This document shows, one piece after another, positions 9,763-19,230 of a stretch of 64,000 nt of DNA. The position numbers and the translations under genes were made by a program. The stretch is from Candidatus Poribacteria bacterium (lineage in GTDB: Bacteria > Poribacteria > WGA-4E > WGA-3G). Position 1 is the first letter of the stretch. Every line of letters begins with the position of its first letter. The notes beneath the pieces are model-generated. The model was given only the letters and a program-made list of their open reading frames with translations. It did not search any database and was not told where the DNA came from. Where the stretch lies: positions 1,664,001 through 1,728,000 of the forward strand of contig OZ240248.1 of the NCBI GenBank assembly GCA_965198235.1, written 5' to 3'.

Positions 9763-9967
9763 TTTTTAATTATTGGGCTTCTGGTCTGCCTTCCAAATGT
9801 AAAGCATTCTCACTGCGAAGCAAAATTATGCCGTTTAAGGAAACCTAATTTCATTTCAGGCAGGTTTTCGGTAATCCTAACGCCTCCATCACCGCTCTCT
9901 GTCAAGAATTAATCAGAAACCATCGCGAAACGTAGTGGAGCAGTGCCCAGATTTAATCGTTAAAAAA
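9763..9967. repeat. Junction element, family A
   Basis: 9763-9880 matches reverse complement of ~39500-39612; right ~60 bp is the gaaacgtagtgga module; abuts ABC ATG. Confidence 0.85.
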
Positions 9968-9990
9968 TCGTTCGTTAAGCGGGGCGCGGT

Positions 9991-10890
9991 TCACACCTCA
10001 TCAATAGAAGTTTGTAAGTTCCGAGGAATATTGAAGTTTAGATCTCGGTCTCTGCCCAATAGATAAGGATTGTTATCCGGATTGACTGCTGCTGATTCAG
10101 CGAGGACATCCGGTAAGTTGACCGGCACGGACTTCACGTCAACTCTATCGGGATATACCAGGACCTGTCGCCACATCATCGGATAACAGATAATGCCAGA
10201 GGAGACGATACACAGCATACCTTGCTCTCTGAAGACGCGATTGAGATGCAGGTGTCCACAGAAAAATGCCAAAATTTGTCTTTCAAAGGGGGCGGTAATT
10301 TCGAGAACCTCTGCGGAGTTGGCAACTCTTGAACCAATCCCCTGGAATTCGACACTTGGAAACGGGAGTTGATGTGAGAAAATGAAAACCTCTTGGTTGT
10401 AATCACGCGCCCTTTTCAATTCTCGCTCTGTCCACGCCAGTTGGTTAGTGCTGATATACCCGTGTGTGAGGTCTTCGGGCACCTCCTGCGAATCGAGGAG
10501 GAGAAACCGGATATTTTCGTGCACAAAACTGACAGAGCCCATGCCGTTGGTACTGAAGCGTGCCAAATAATCGTCTTTAGAACCGGTTTCCGGATGCAAA
10601 TCGTGGTTGCCGGGGATGTAATAGCAAGGAGCATTCATACGCTGCCCGAGTTGTTGCGCACCGTCAAGTGTGGCTTCGTATTCTTCTGCGAACATGTCAA
10701 AACTGTTACCACCGCACACGATATCCCCGCCATGAATTACAAAGGCAGGCTCAAACGCGTTCAGTTGTTCAACTAATTTTTCATAGAGTGCAAGACTATT
10801 TTTTTGCTGTTGAAGTCCGCTTGCGAAGTTCTTCGGCGCGTTTAAATACAGATGTGTGTCCGTAATAAAAGCAAATTTAAAAAGTATCAT
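9991..10890 (-). CDS. Calcineurin-like metallophosphoesterase (CpdA/Icc-like)
   Basis: DTH, GD, GNHD, SH, GHLH motifs. Confidence 0.88.
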   Translation of the reverse strand: MILFKFAFITDTHLYLNAPKNFASGLQQQKNSLALYEKLVEQLNAFEPAFVIHGGDIVCGGNSFDMFAEEYEATLDGAQQLGQRMNAPCYYIPGNHDLHPETGSKDDYLARFSTNGMGSVSFVHENIRFLLLDSQEVPEDLTHGYISTNQLAWTERELKRARDYNQEVFIFSHQLPFPSVEFQGIGSRVANSAEVLEITAPFERQILAFFCGHLHLNRVFREQGMLCIVSSGIICYPMMWRQVLVYPDRVDVKSVPVNLPDVLAESAAVNPDNNPYLLGRDRDLNFNIPRNLQTSIDEV

Positions 10891-10996
10891 GACATATCTC
10901 GTCTTTCGGGAAGGCTCCTAATCTGATTAGCAAAGATGTTTTTAACAGATGGGGTTCCCAACCTCTCCAATGATGCACCTACCGAGACTATTATAA

Positions 10997-11740
10997 TCAG
11001 GAATGCACATGTTTGGATAGAATTGCGACATAAGTCGGTGTATCGGCTGCGTCAATGTAGCGTTCGACCCGCCACGCTGTTCCGTCAAGGATGTCTTCGA
11101 TCTCCGCTTTTGAAACAAACAGATAATCGAACCATGGTGTAGCGTATTGTTTGTATCGGATCCGTAGTTTCAACTGACCGCTCATCCGTCCTCTATCTCT
11201 ATTGAATTGATGATAGGCGAGATGACCTGGATCTGTCGTTTCGTAAGGGTCCATTGTTTCAGCGATAATTTTTGCGGTATCTGTTGTCATAGCAGCGAAG
11301 CGTCTCAATAGCCATTTTGCTCTTTTATAACTTCCAGCGAGTCCGAAATTGTGTCCTATCATGAGAATCGTGTCAAAGGTGCCAATTTTGGAATTCAACT
11401 GCGTGACAGGCGCGACAAGAGCATTTTTGAGCCCACGGCTTTGGCAGGTCTGGATGGCTAATGGTGAGATGTCCGTTCCTAAAACATCATGTCCCTGTCC
11501 TTGGAGATAGAGGCAGTGCCGCCCTGCACCACAACCGATATCCAAGACCCGTCCTATAGCGTGCGCTATTGCGAGTTTTTGATGTTCAGCCCAGTCCTCA
11601 TATTCAGCGAAATAGTTGAAAGGTCCCAGGCGGCTTACATCAATGAATCCGTCTTCTCTCTCCACAATTTCGACGTTTTTTTGACCGTTATGATAATCTG
11701 AAAGGAGGTGCCCATAGGCATCTTGGATGTCGGTTAGCAT
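10997..11740 (-). CDS. Class I SAM-dependent methyltransferase
   Basis: VLDIGCGAGR; start taken at MLTDIQ (11740), just after the sulfatase stop. Confidence 0.85.
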   Translation of the reverse strand: MLTDIQDAYGHLLSDYHNGQKNVEIVEREDGFIDVSRLGPFNYFAEYEDWAEHQKLAIAHAIGRVLDIGCGAGRHCLYLQGQGHDVLGTDISPLAIQTCQSRGLKNALVAPVTQLNSKIGTFDTILMIGHNFGLAGSYKRAKWLLRRFAAMTTDTAKIIAETMDPYETTDPGHLAYHQFNRDRGRMSGQLKLRIRYKQYATPWFDYLFVSKAEIEDILDGTAWRVERYIDAADTPTYVAILSKHVHS

Positions 11741-11741
11741 T

Positions 11742-13094
11742 TTACTGTTCCTTGACGTAACCGGTTGTACCGTTCGGGTTGACCCATTCGGTCTCCCAAT
11801 GCGTTTCAATGCCTTCGCGCCACGTTTGAGCGGCTCCTGTCAATTCAGTGGTGAGTTCCGGGTGTTCATCTTTCAGGTTCTTCGTTTCACCCATGTCGGT
11901 GTCGAGGTTTGCGAGATGCACATCGTCTTCTGGAGGCGCGCCCTCTACCAATTGACCGTTGAGTACCAATTTCCAATTACCACGACGCACAGCAGTCTGC
12001 TTACCCATCTCCCAATAGATTTCGCGATGTGGTGTGGGTTCGCCGTTTGTCACCATAGGGAGTCCATCGAGTCCATCGAGTTCGTAGGCAGAGGGATCTC
12101 CACCTGCCGCTGCGAGAAAAGTCGGGAACACATCCATTGCTGCGCCGACTTCATTGATTACCTGTCCTGCGGGAATTTGTTGGGGCCAATTCATGATTCC
12201 GGGTGAACGGATGCCGCCTTCATAGAGACTAAATTTATGTCCTTTCAGTTTACCGGCAGTGCCGCCGTAATACGGGTCCTGTGTGCCATCTAACCAATTT
12301 CGGGTTTCACGCGAGGGACCATTGTCGCTTTGGAAATAGGAGAAGGTGTTTTCTGCAAGTCCGAGTCTCTCAAGTTCGGCAAAAATTTCGCCGACGCTAT
12401 CGTCAACGGCACTGAGCATTGCCGCCATAATCTGTCTGTCCCACGGCAGGTTCGGGAATCGGTCCACGTACTTCTGAGGCGCGTGCATCGGATAGTGCGG
12501 TGCGTTGTAAGGCACGTAGAGAAAAAAAGGTTTACCGAGTTCAACAGACTTTCGGATATATCTGATGGCGTATTCGGTGATAAGTTCGGTGAAGTATTCA
12601 CCGTTGCGGTAGATTTCTTCGCCGTTTTCCCAGAGGTCATGTGTTTGATCGATGCCAGGTTGTCCTAAGCCCCAATAGAAGATGTGCGAGAAGAAATCGA
12701 TGCACCCTGCCATGAATCCGAACCAATCGTCAAACCCGTGGTGTTCCGGACGTGAACCCTCTGCGAGCCCCAGATGCCATTTTCCAGACATCGCCGTGTA
12801 ATAGCCTCGTTCCTTCAGTGCTGTTGCGAGCGACGGAATAGAAGGCGGTAACCCTGTAGCAGTGCGATGCCCTGATAAAATGGAACGGACCCCAGCATGG
12901 CACGGGTATCGTCCTGTCAGTAATGCTGCGCGCGAAGGGGAACAGACGGGTGAATTTGAGTACCAGTCCGTGAAGCGTGCTCCCTCTGCTGCCATTCTGT
13001 CGAGATGTGGCGTTTTGAAATCAGTCGCGCCCATGCAGGACAGATCACCGTATCCTTGATCGTCGGTTAGGAAGATAATAAAATTAGGTTGCAT
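11742..13094 (-). CDS. Sulfatase (formylglycine, Cys-type)
   Basis: DDQGYGD, CSPSRAALLTGR, GKWHLG, SDNG. Confidence 0.93.
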   Translation of the reverse strand: MQPNFIIFLTDDQGYGDLSCMGATDFKTPHLDRMAAEGARFTDWYSNSPVCSPSRAALLTGRYPCHAGVRSILSGHRTATGLPPSIPSLATALKERGYYTAMSGKWHLGLAEGSRPEHHGFDDWFGFMAGCIDFFSHIFYWGLGQPGIDQTHDLWENGEEIYRNGEYFTELITEYAIRYIRKSVELGKPFFLYVPYNAPHYPMHAPQKYVDRFPNLPWDRQIMAAMLSAVDDSVGEIFAELERLGLAENTFSYFQSDNGPSRETRNWLDGTQDPYYGGTAGKLKGHKFSLYEGGIRSPGIMNWPQQIPAGQVINEVGAAMDVFPTFLAAAGGDPSAYELDGLDGLPMVTNGEPTPHREIYWEMGKQTAVRRGNWKLVLNGQLVEGAPPEDDVHLANLDTDMGETKNLKDEHPELTTELTGAAQTWREGIETHWETEWVNPNGTTGYVKEQ

Positions 13095-13100
13095 TTTTCC

Positions 13101-13183
13101 TTTCTTTTAATTAGTCGCCAAGCGTAGCGGAAATGGCTTTGTGCATGCACCATTCCTGTTTGCTTTTGCTAATTTTAAGAAAA
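13101..13183. repeat. Short junction element, probable family A
   Basis: Imperfect inverted ends tttcttttaattag / ctaattttaagaaa; internal aagcgtagcggaa resembles the family core aaacgtagtggaa. Confidence 0.4.
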
Positions 13184-13198
13184 CTTCTCTTTGTAGGG

Positions 13199-14767
13199 TT
13201 ACTTTTTCCAGAAGCTTCGGTCGAGACTCCGATATTGTATAGCTTCAGAGACATGGAGTGCCTCTATATGCGGGTTTTCGTCTAAGTCAGCGATGGTGCG
13301 TGCGACTTTCAAAATCCGGTCGTAGGCACGTGCACTCAACCCTAATTGGTTAATCGCGACTCGGAGAAGCTCTTGTGCTTGGGAATCAATTTTGCAATAT
13401 TCTCGTATCTGCTTAGATTCCATGTTTGCGTTGGCGTGTATTGCTGTGTCTGCAAAGCGTTGGTGTTGGATTTGACGTGCCTTTTCAACGCGTTCTTGGA
13501 CGTGTGCCGAAGGTTCACCGGTTGTTTCATTAGCAAGTTCTGCATATTTCACCGCTGGCACTTCAACTTGGATGTCGATTCTGTCTAAGAGCGGTCCAGA
13601 GATACGGGAGACGTAGTTTTGAATCTGATTGGGTGAGCATTTGCAATCTCTGGTAGGGTCGCTAAAAAACCCACAAGGGCAAGGGTTCATGGCAGCGACG
13701 AGCATGAAGTTCGCCGGATAAGTGAGAGATGCGGATGCGCGAGAGATGGTCACTTGCAGGTCTTCAAGGGGTTGCCGCATGACTTCAAGAACGTTTCGCC
13801 GGAATTCGGGGAGTTCATCCAAAAAGAGCACACCGTTATGTGCGAGGCTCACCTCACCGGGACGCGGTACTTTTCCACCGCCAATTAAACCTGCGTCTGA
13901 AATCGTATGGTGTGGTGAACGATATGGGCGGGTCACAATCAAAGGTGTGTCGCTCGGCAAAATGCCGATAATACTTTGGATTTTCGTTGTTTCTAAGGAT
14001 TCATCCATGGATAGTTTCGGCAGAATCGACGGAATTCGCTTCGCTATCATGGTCTTTCCGGAACCGGGCGGTCCGATCATGATGAGGTTATGCCCACCAG
14101 CAGCGGCGACTTCAATGGCGCGTTTAACATGTTCCTGCCCTTTCACGTCGAGCAGGTCAAGATGTGCTTCGGAATGCTCGTTGTGCCCATCAGTGGGCGA
14201 ATGCGCGTGTGGCATTCGCCAAGATGTATGCGATTCTGGCTCGATCTCTTTATCCGAGTTAAGAAATGCAGCAGCCTCTGTTAAGTTTGTGACCGGATAA
14301 ACATTCACACCTTCTACGATTGCTGCTTCTTTTGCGTTTTCAACAGGCAAGATGATATTTTGGATGCCGTTCTCTTTTGCAGCAATGGCGATAGGGAGTC
14401 CACCTTGTATGCCGCGAATGCTGCCATCAAGTGCGAGTTCACCTAAAATTATTGCGTTTTCAAGCCTCGCGAGATTCACTTGATTGGTAGCTGCCATAAC
14501 ACCGATTGCGATGGGGAGGTCAAACGCCGATCCTGCTTTTCGGATATCCGCGGGTGCTAAGTTCGCCGTGATTCGGGTTGGCGGAAAGTAGAAACCGGAG
14601 TTTTTAATGGCTGCAGTAACCCGATCCCGACTCTCTTTGATGGCGTTGTCGGGTAAGCCGACAGTACTGAAGGACGGCATTCCACCGGCAACGTCTACTT
14701 CAACTTTCACGATATAAGCATCAATTCCCAGCATTGCACTGCTTAGGACTGTTGCGAGCATAGGCAT
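13199..14767 (-). CDS. comM: YifB/ComM family Mg-chelatase-like AAA+ ATPase
   Basis: VGLPD..IKESRDR, GPPGSGKT, PHHT, LFLDELPEF, NPCPCG, LSARAYDRILKVARTIAD. Confidence 0.9.
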   Translation of the reverse strand: MPMLATVLSSAMLGIDAYIVKVEVDVAGGMPSFSTVGLPDNAIKESRDRVTAAIKNSGFYFPPTRITANLAPADIRKAGSAFDLPIAIGVMAATNQVNLARLENAIILGELALDGSIRGIQGGLPIAIAAKENGIQNIILPVENAKEAAIVEGVNVYPVTNLTEAAAFLNSDKEIEPESHTSWRMPHAHSPTDGHNEHSEAHLDLLDVKGQEHVKRAIEVAAAGGHNLIMIGPPGSGKTMIAKRIPSILPKLSMDESLETTKIQSIIGILPSDTPLIVTRPYRSPHHTISDAGLIGGGKVPRPGEVSLAHNGVLFLDELPEFRRNVLEVMRQPLEDLQVTISRASASLTYPANFMLVAAMNPCPCGFFSDPTRDCKCSPNQIQNYVSRISGPLLDRIDIQVEVPAVKYAELANETTGEPSAHVQERVEKARQIQHQRFADTAIHANANMESKQIREYCKIDSQAQELLRVAINQLGLSARAYDRILKVARTIADLDENPHIEALHVSEAIQYRSLDRSFWKK

Positions 14768-14873
14768 GTTCCTTCCAATTTGCGATAATTTAAAAATATA
14801 TTGCGATATTGTGTTTTGTGAGCGTGTGTTTTACAGCGGCGAGATTCAACCTCGTTCAGTAAAATCTAACACT

Positions 14874-14903
14874 ATTGTATCACAGTGGAAGATAACAGGT
14901 CAA
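14874..14903 (-). promoter_or_regulatory. sigma70-like promoter for comM
   Basis: TTGACC-N18-TACAAT on minus strand. Confidence 0.5.
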
Positions 14904-14913
14904 CGCTTTTCCT

Positions 14914-15933
14914 TTAACTTGAATCTCCGGTAAGTTTGTGCAATGTTTGTAGTTGCTTCTGATTGGCTATTACCAACAAGGCATCACCGGCTGCAATTTT
15001 CTTATCCCCCGGTGGGTTATAGAGGAACGTCCCGTCGTTATCATGAATTGCGATGACAACTAACCCAGCCTGTTCTGGGATACTGGCGGCTTTGAGTGAG
15101 ATTCCATCGAGAGCAGCGCCTTCTTGAATAATGGATTCCGTGAATCGAGCCCCGTCTTGATTTTGGGTGATATTTTCCAAAAATCCTACGAGTTGAGGCT
15201 GCAGTATTCCAGATGCGAGGCGGAGTCCACCAATGTGATCGGGAAGGACGACCTCATCTGCTCCGGCAGTGATGAGTTTTCCGGGGGAATTATCTTCAAC
15301 GGCTTTAGAGGCTATCCTTAAACGTGGGTTGATTTTTCTTGCGGAGATCACGACAAACAGATTATCTTGGTCACGGCTAAGGCATGTGACGAGCCCTTTG
15401 GCGCGCTCGATCCCCGCTCGCGTGAGTAATTCGTCATCGGTTGCGTCACCATGGAGGTATAGAAAATTTCGTGTGTCAGAAAGGTGGGTGAGCCGTTCTT
15501 CCTCGAATTCAATACCGACGAAATCTACTTCTGCCTTTAGCATCTCATCAAGCACATGTACGCCGGTATCACCGAGTCCACAGACAATATAATGGTTTGA
15601 TAATTTATCGACAGTTCGAATCATTTTTTGTTGTCGGAAAAAACTTTGTAGCTGCCCTTCAATCAGAAATGCAGTAGCGATCGTAACACTATAGGTGAAT
15701 ACACCGATCCCGCCAATGAGGAGTAGTATTGTGAATACACGCCCGCTATCGCTCATTTCGAGGTCCTCATGACCGGCGGTTGTTAAGGTAATGACAGTCA
15801 TATAGATTGCATCAAGGAGATGCCATCCGCGTTGCGGATTGTCTCTTTCAAGCGCCAGGTACCCAATGGTTCCAGTCAAGAGCAAACCGACGATCATAGC
15901 GAAAGCGATGATAATCTTGCGTTGATAATTCAT
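14914..15933 (-). CDS. 2-TM potassium-channel family protein with TrkA-N/TrkA-C (RCK) domains
   Basis: TM-pore helix-TM layout, HYIVCGLGDTG, GDAT, C-terminal RCK-C; filter reads TTAGHED. Confidence 0.85.
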   Translation of the reverse strand: MNYQRKIIIAFAMIVGLLLTGTIGYLALERDNPQRGWHLLDAIYMTVITLTTAGHEDLEMSDSGRVFTILLLIGGIGVFTYSVTIATAFLIEGQLQSFFRQQKMIRTVDKLSNHYIVCGLGDTGVHVLDEMLKAEVDFVGIEFEEERLTHLSDTRNFLYLHGDATDDELLTRAGIERAKGLVTCLSRDQDNLFVVISARKINPRLRIASKAVEDNSPGKLITAGADEVVLPDHIGGLRLASGILQPQLVGFLENITQNQDGARFTESIIQEGAALDGISLKAASIPEQAGLVVIAIHDNDGTFLYNPPGDKKIAAGDALLVIANQKQLQTLHKLTGDSS

Positions 15934-15954
15934 TCTCCTCTTTTCGAGTTGATT

Positions 15955-16177
15955 CTAATTCCGCTTTTTAGCGATGCGTTTAACAGTGGGATTTGGGTCA
16001 TGCCGTGCGATGTCGAAGAGCGTGCGGTGCTCAATTTTTCCGTCGCGCCTTTTGTTCGGCGCGGTTTTTCGCATAACCCCGATAATTTGTAAACCAGACG
16101 GTTCCGCCGCGTGGACGGAACCCGTTTTCAATGATCCCTCTCGCACTGCTTAATGTTGTGCCATGATAGAATTCCAT
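15955..16177 (-). pseudogene. Collapsed gene: ART/PARP-like N-terminus plus out-of-frame HEAT-like C-terminus
   Basis: AGGAG RBS, ATG 16177: MEFYHGTTLSSARGIIENGFRPRGGTVWFTNYRGYAKNRAEQKARRKN* (stop 16031); other frame ends ...LFDIARHDPNPTVKRIAKKRN* at 15955. Confidence 0.55.
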
Positions 16178-16298
16178 AAATGATTCTCCTTGAGAGTTTA
16201 ACGGAGTTAACCCAATTTATGGCAGACAATTCATAAAAATAGACAGTGTTGAGGCTTGTATGGTAGATCGCTTGTCTCAGTGGTTGCTGAGCCTGCGA

Positions 16299-16664
16299 TT
16301 AAGAGGGATTTTCAGTGTTTTCAGTGGAGACCTCTTCCTCGGTTTCTTCAGTTTGTCCTTCTTGCTGTGCGACTTTTTCCTGTCTATTGATGGCACGGAC
16401 GTAACCCATTCTGAGTTCATAGAGGGTGTTTGCCAAGAAGTTGGTTTCTGGTGCAGTGAGATTTCCCTTCGTCTTTTCTTCGAGCATCTCAATAGTATCA
16501 ATAATATGTTTCACGAGCGGGAGGTTTATAACTACCTCGTCCGTTTCGGGGTTAGGGATCCCCTCTAAGTAGAGCCGTCCTGTTTCTACAAGGTTGGCAA
16601 GATAACTCATAAAATCGACAGGAGGAAGTTGTTGAGTTTCCTCCTGAGCCGTAGTTTCTTCCAT
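16299..16664 (-). CDS. DUF1844 family protein
   Basis: LEGIPNP...NLPLVKHIID..EMLEEKTKGNL...L.ELRM pattern. Confidence 0.8.
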   Translation of the reverse strand: MEETTAQEETQQLPPVDFMSYLANLVETGRLYLEGIPNPETDEVVINLPLVKHIIDTIEMLEEKTKGNLTAPETNFLANTLYELRMGYVRAINRQEKVAQQEGQTEETEEEVSTENTENPS

Positions 16665-16724
16665 ACATTGCTCCTGATTCCGATTCGCCCAATATAGGCA
16701 GTAGATATTTGTAGAGAAATTTCC

Positions 16725-17096
16725 CTATTCGTCATCAAAAATGATGATTTGTGCGAGTAAGCTTCCTGCTTGGTTATTATTGTTTGGGCTTTCGTTCATT
16801 GCGAGAAAAATAACACCGTCAGCGGGGGCAGGATTGTCGTAGCGTGAGCCAACAGCGAAGACGACATTTCCGATCTTAGCGATGAGGGCACCGATGTTTG
16901 TGCCGGGAAGCAGATAATCGCTGGAACCCGGTGTCTTGGGAACACCATCCCCACCGCACCATCCGATCCGATTTTGCAAATCCGGTGACCATGCGCCTTC
17001 CGCATCAATAATGAGTCGTTGCCCTTTTTCCACGCGCACGTAACTTTCCTGCCAAACGGGACTTGGGCGAGCCGTGCGGATAACTGTTAATGCCAT
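16725..17096 (-). CDS. Small beta-sandwich protein, LecA/PA-IL-like
   Basis: W..S.V.V.KG..L.I.AEG.W, GALIAKIG, FLAMN...N.GSL pattern; GGAGG RBS before ATG 17096. Confidence 0.55.
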   Translation of the reverse strand: MALTVIRTARPSPVWQESYVRVEKGQRLIIDAEGAWSPDLQNRIGWCGGDGVPKTPGSSDYLLPGTNIGALIAKIGNVVFAVGSRYDNPAPADGVIFLAMNESPNNNNQAGSLLAQIIIFDDE

Positions 17097-17141
17097 GCAT
17101 GCCTCCATTTAAATTAGAATCTATGATTAAAATCCAGAATT

Positions 17142-17171
17142 GCTGGGCGAAGTTCGGGAACCTCGCCCAGC
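17142..17171. repeat. REP-like hairpin
   Basis: gctgggcgaagttcgggaacctcgcccagc, similar to hairpin at 60-86. Confidence 0.6.
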
Positions 17172-17222
17172 GGTGAATTACAGGTTACGGTTAGTTTTGC
17201 ACCAACCCTTAGATTGTGATTG

Positions 17223-17825
17223 CTATTCCTTGTCTCGAATGGTGATGTTTGTAATTACGTCATCGACTACGATGCTGTCAACCACATCCATCCCGTTGAT
17301 GACGTTTCCGAAAATGGTGTAATCACTGTCGAGGATCGCATCACCTCGGCAGATAAAGAATTCGGATGCATACGAAACGCTTGCGCCATCCTCTTTCGCC
17401 ATGGCGACGACACCTCGCGACATCTCTTGCGAACCGTTCTCAATGGGGAGTGTATCTCCAGCGGCAAGCTTTGAACCCGCTTGGATGAGGAGTTCTTCAG
17501 CGCGATTAAACTTCTCACCCTTGTAATACATCACCTGCGCGTTTTTGATGAAATTCTTAGAAGTTTCTGGAGCTTCGGCTGCAAGGAATTCAAATTCAAT
17601 AGTACCCTTTGCCGTTTCAATGACCGCAACCACCGTTGCTGGATCGATCTGAGGTTTTGCTGGGGTTGTTGCGGTGCCTGTGCCGGCGCGACGTGCTCGC
17701 GGTACAGGTGCCGGTTTATCCTCTTGTGCGCAACTCAGCACGAAGGTCGCGAAGAATGTCGCTAAAACGAAGAGTGCTGCGGCTGCGAACTGCCGATGTT
17801 GCTTATTCTGCTGTTGCCTTAACAT
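17223..17825 (-). CDS. Cyclophilin-type PPIase-like lipoprotein (divergent)
   Basis: ETAKGTI, APETSKNF, RGVVAMA, SEFFI, YTIFG; lipobox VLSC. Confidence 0.75.
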   Translation of the reverse strand: MLRQQQNKQHRQFAAAALFVLATFFATFVLSCAQEDKPAPVPRARRAGTGTATTPAKPQIDPATVVAVIETAKGTIEFEFLAAEAPETSKNFIKNAQVMYYKGEKFNRAEELLIQAGSKLAAGDTLPIENGSQEMSRGVVAMAKEDGASVSYASEFFICRGDAILDSDYTIFGNVINGMDVVDSIVVDDVITNITIRDKE

Positions 17826-18408
17826 ATTTTGACTTCGCCTCCAATCGGATCTTTGTCATGACATCGCCCATCGATAACTGATCGACGATATCCATCCCTT
17901 GAATTACACCACCGAAAGTAGTGTAGTCTCCGTCAAGATGGGGTTGGGGTTTCAAGCAGATGTAGAATTGGCTCCCGGATGAGTTCGGTGCGGAAGTCCG
18001 AGCCATCGCGACTGTACCTCTAACATGTGGGCGTTGGTTCGGATTTGTGTACTCGTCGGTAATAGTCCAACCGGGACCACCTGTTCCATCGCCTTCTGGA
18101 CACCCGCCCTGAATAATATTCAAACCGGGTGCATCAACTTTCCGATGGAATGTTAAGCCATCGTAAAACTTCTGGTTAATTAACTTGATGAAGTTATCCA
18201 CTGCCACGGGTGCAGCATCCTGATAAAACTCAAGCACAAAAATGCCTTTGTCGGTTGTGACGACCGCGACCTGTTCTTCAGGAGTTAGGTTCTGGCTGAA
18301 GGGAAGCGCGCAGCCGATTAGGGTTAGTAGTAAAAGAAGAAACGTTGGACTTTTATAAAGCACATTTTGGCTTGTAAGCTCCACCAAAAGATAGCGTGTT
18401 GTTTTCAT
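17803..18408 (-). CDS. Cyclophilin-type peptidyl-prolyl isomerase lipoprotein
   Basis: FYDGLTFHR, IQGG, GTGGPG, GSQFYI, HLDGDYTTFG; lipobox LIGC. Confidence 0.9.
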   Translation of the reverse strand: MKTTRYLLVELTSQNVLYKSPTFLLLLLTLIGCALPFSQNLTPEEQVAVVTTDKGIFVLEFYQDAAPVAVDNFIKLINQKFYDGLTFHRKVDAPGLNIIQGGCPEGDGTGGPGWTITDEYTNPNQRPHVRGTVAMARTSAPNSSGSQFYICLKPQPHLDGDYTTFGGVIQGMDIVDQLSMGDVMTKIRLEAKSKYVKATAE

Positions 18409-18430
18409 TAACCCTCCTTTGCTGTCCTGA

Positions 18431-19180
18431 TTAATCGATTTTGAGACGTGCCCAGACGGTTGTCAGTTTGTCCTGTGCGTCAACATGCAGCGTGACAGGC
18501 TCTTCCATATCCTTGAGCAACTCTGCCTTGGTTAAGGCGTAGTTGTACATTTTGATTTCATCCATGGCTCCGGTGAGAAAGCGTCCACTTCCACCACGGG
18601 CACCGATGAAAAGCGGATCATTGTTCGGTTTCAGTTCACCCTTACACGGCATCTCCGTTTCAAGTTCGCCATCAATGTAAAGTAGGATGTCTTCACCATC
18701 CCACGTTCCAGCGAGAAAATGCCATTCTCCATCTTGGATGCTGGGACCGATATTATCGTCGTTACACGGTTCGGGTAAGTCAAAAAATTGAAGGATAGTT
18801 CCACCGTTATAAAGCGCGGCGAGGTTATATAGACCGGAAACCCAAGCTGCACCTTTCTCAACGCCGCTCTGGAGTGCTTCTCCGCCTTCGAGGGTCGCCC
18901 AGAATTCGATGGTAATACCATCGACTATATCAAGGCTTGCATGGTCGGGAATTTGCCCGAAAGTTTTTCCATCAAACTCCAGTGCTTTTTCAAATACGCC
19001 TTCAATGAGTTTGGGTGAACCTTTGAAGGTTGCGTCGTTACCAAATTCCGAACTGTCCTTTGCGACCTTTCCATCTAATGCATCAAAGGAGAGATGTAGC
19101 ACCAGTTCTTGTGCCTCACAGACCGCTGAAACGCTTATCAAAATGAGAGAGAGTAACCAGAAAATAGCACGCTGTTTCAA
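18431..19180 (-). CDS. Secreted LamG-like jellyroll protein with conserved C-terminal motif
   Basis: Signal peptide; ALEFDG, WHFLAGTWDG, LYIDG, DEIKMYNYAL; tail VDAQDKLTTVWARLK. Confidence 0.85.
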   Translation of the reverse strand: MKQRAIFWLLSLILISVSAVCEAQELVLHLSFDALDGKVAKDSSEFGNDATFKGSPKLIEGVFEKALEFDGKTFGQIPDHASLDIVDGITIEFWATLEGGEALQSGVEKGAAWVSGLYNLAALYNGGTILQFFDLPEPCNDDNIGPSIQDGEWHFLAGTWDGEDILLYIDGELETEMPCKGELKPNNDPLFIGARGGSGRFLTGAMDEIKMYNYALTKAELLKDMEEPVTLHVDAQDKLTTVWARLKID

Positions 19181-19201
19181 GCTTCGATCTCCTAAAGTAG
19201 A

Positions 19202-19230
19202 ATTATAAGCGACATCTTTACAGATGTCAA
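19202..19230 (-). promoter_or_regulatory. Consensus sigma70 promoter with overlapping palindromic operator
   Basis: TTGACA-N17-TATAAT; GACATCT-TTAC-AGATGTC at 19211-19228. Confidence 0.75.

Noticed and set aside
17090-17108. Identical 19-mer ATGGAGGCATGCATGGCAT here and at 58524-58542 (apparent shared MEACMA start)
   Set aside because: Explained largely by a GGAGG RBS plus start context; two copies are too few to call an element.
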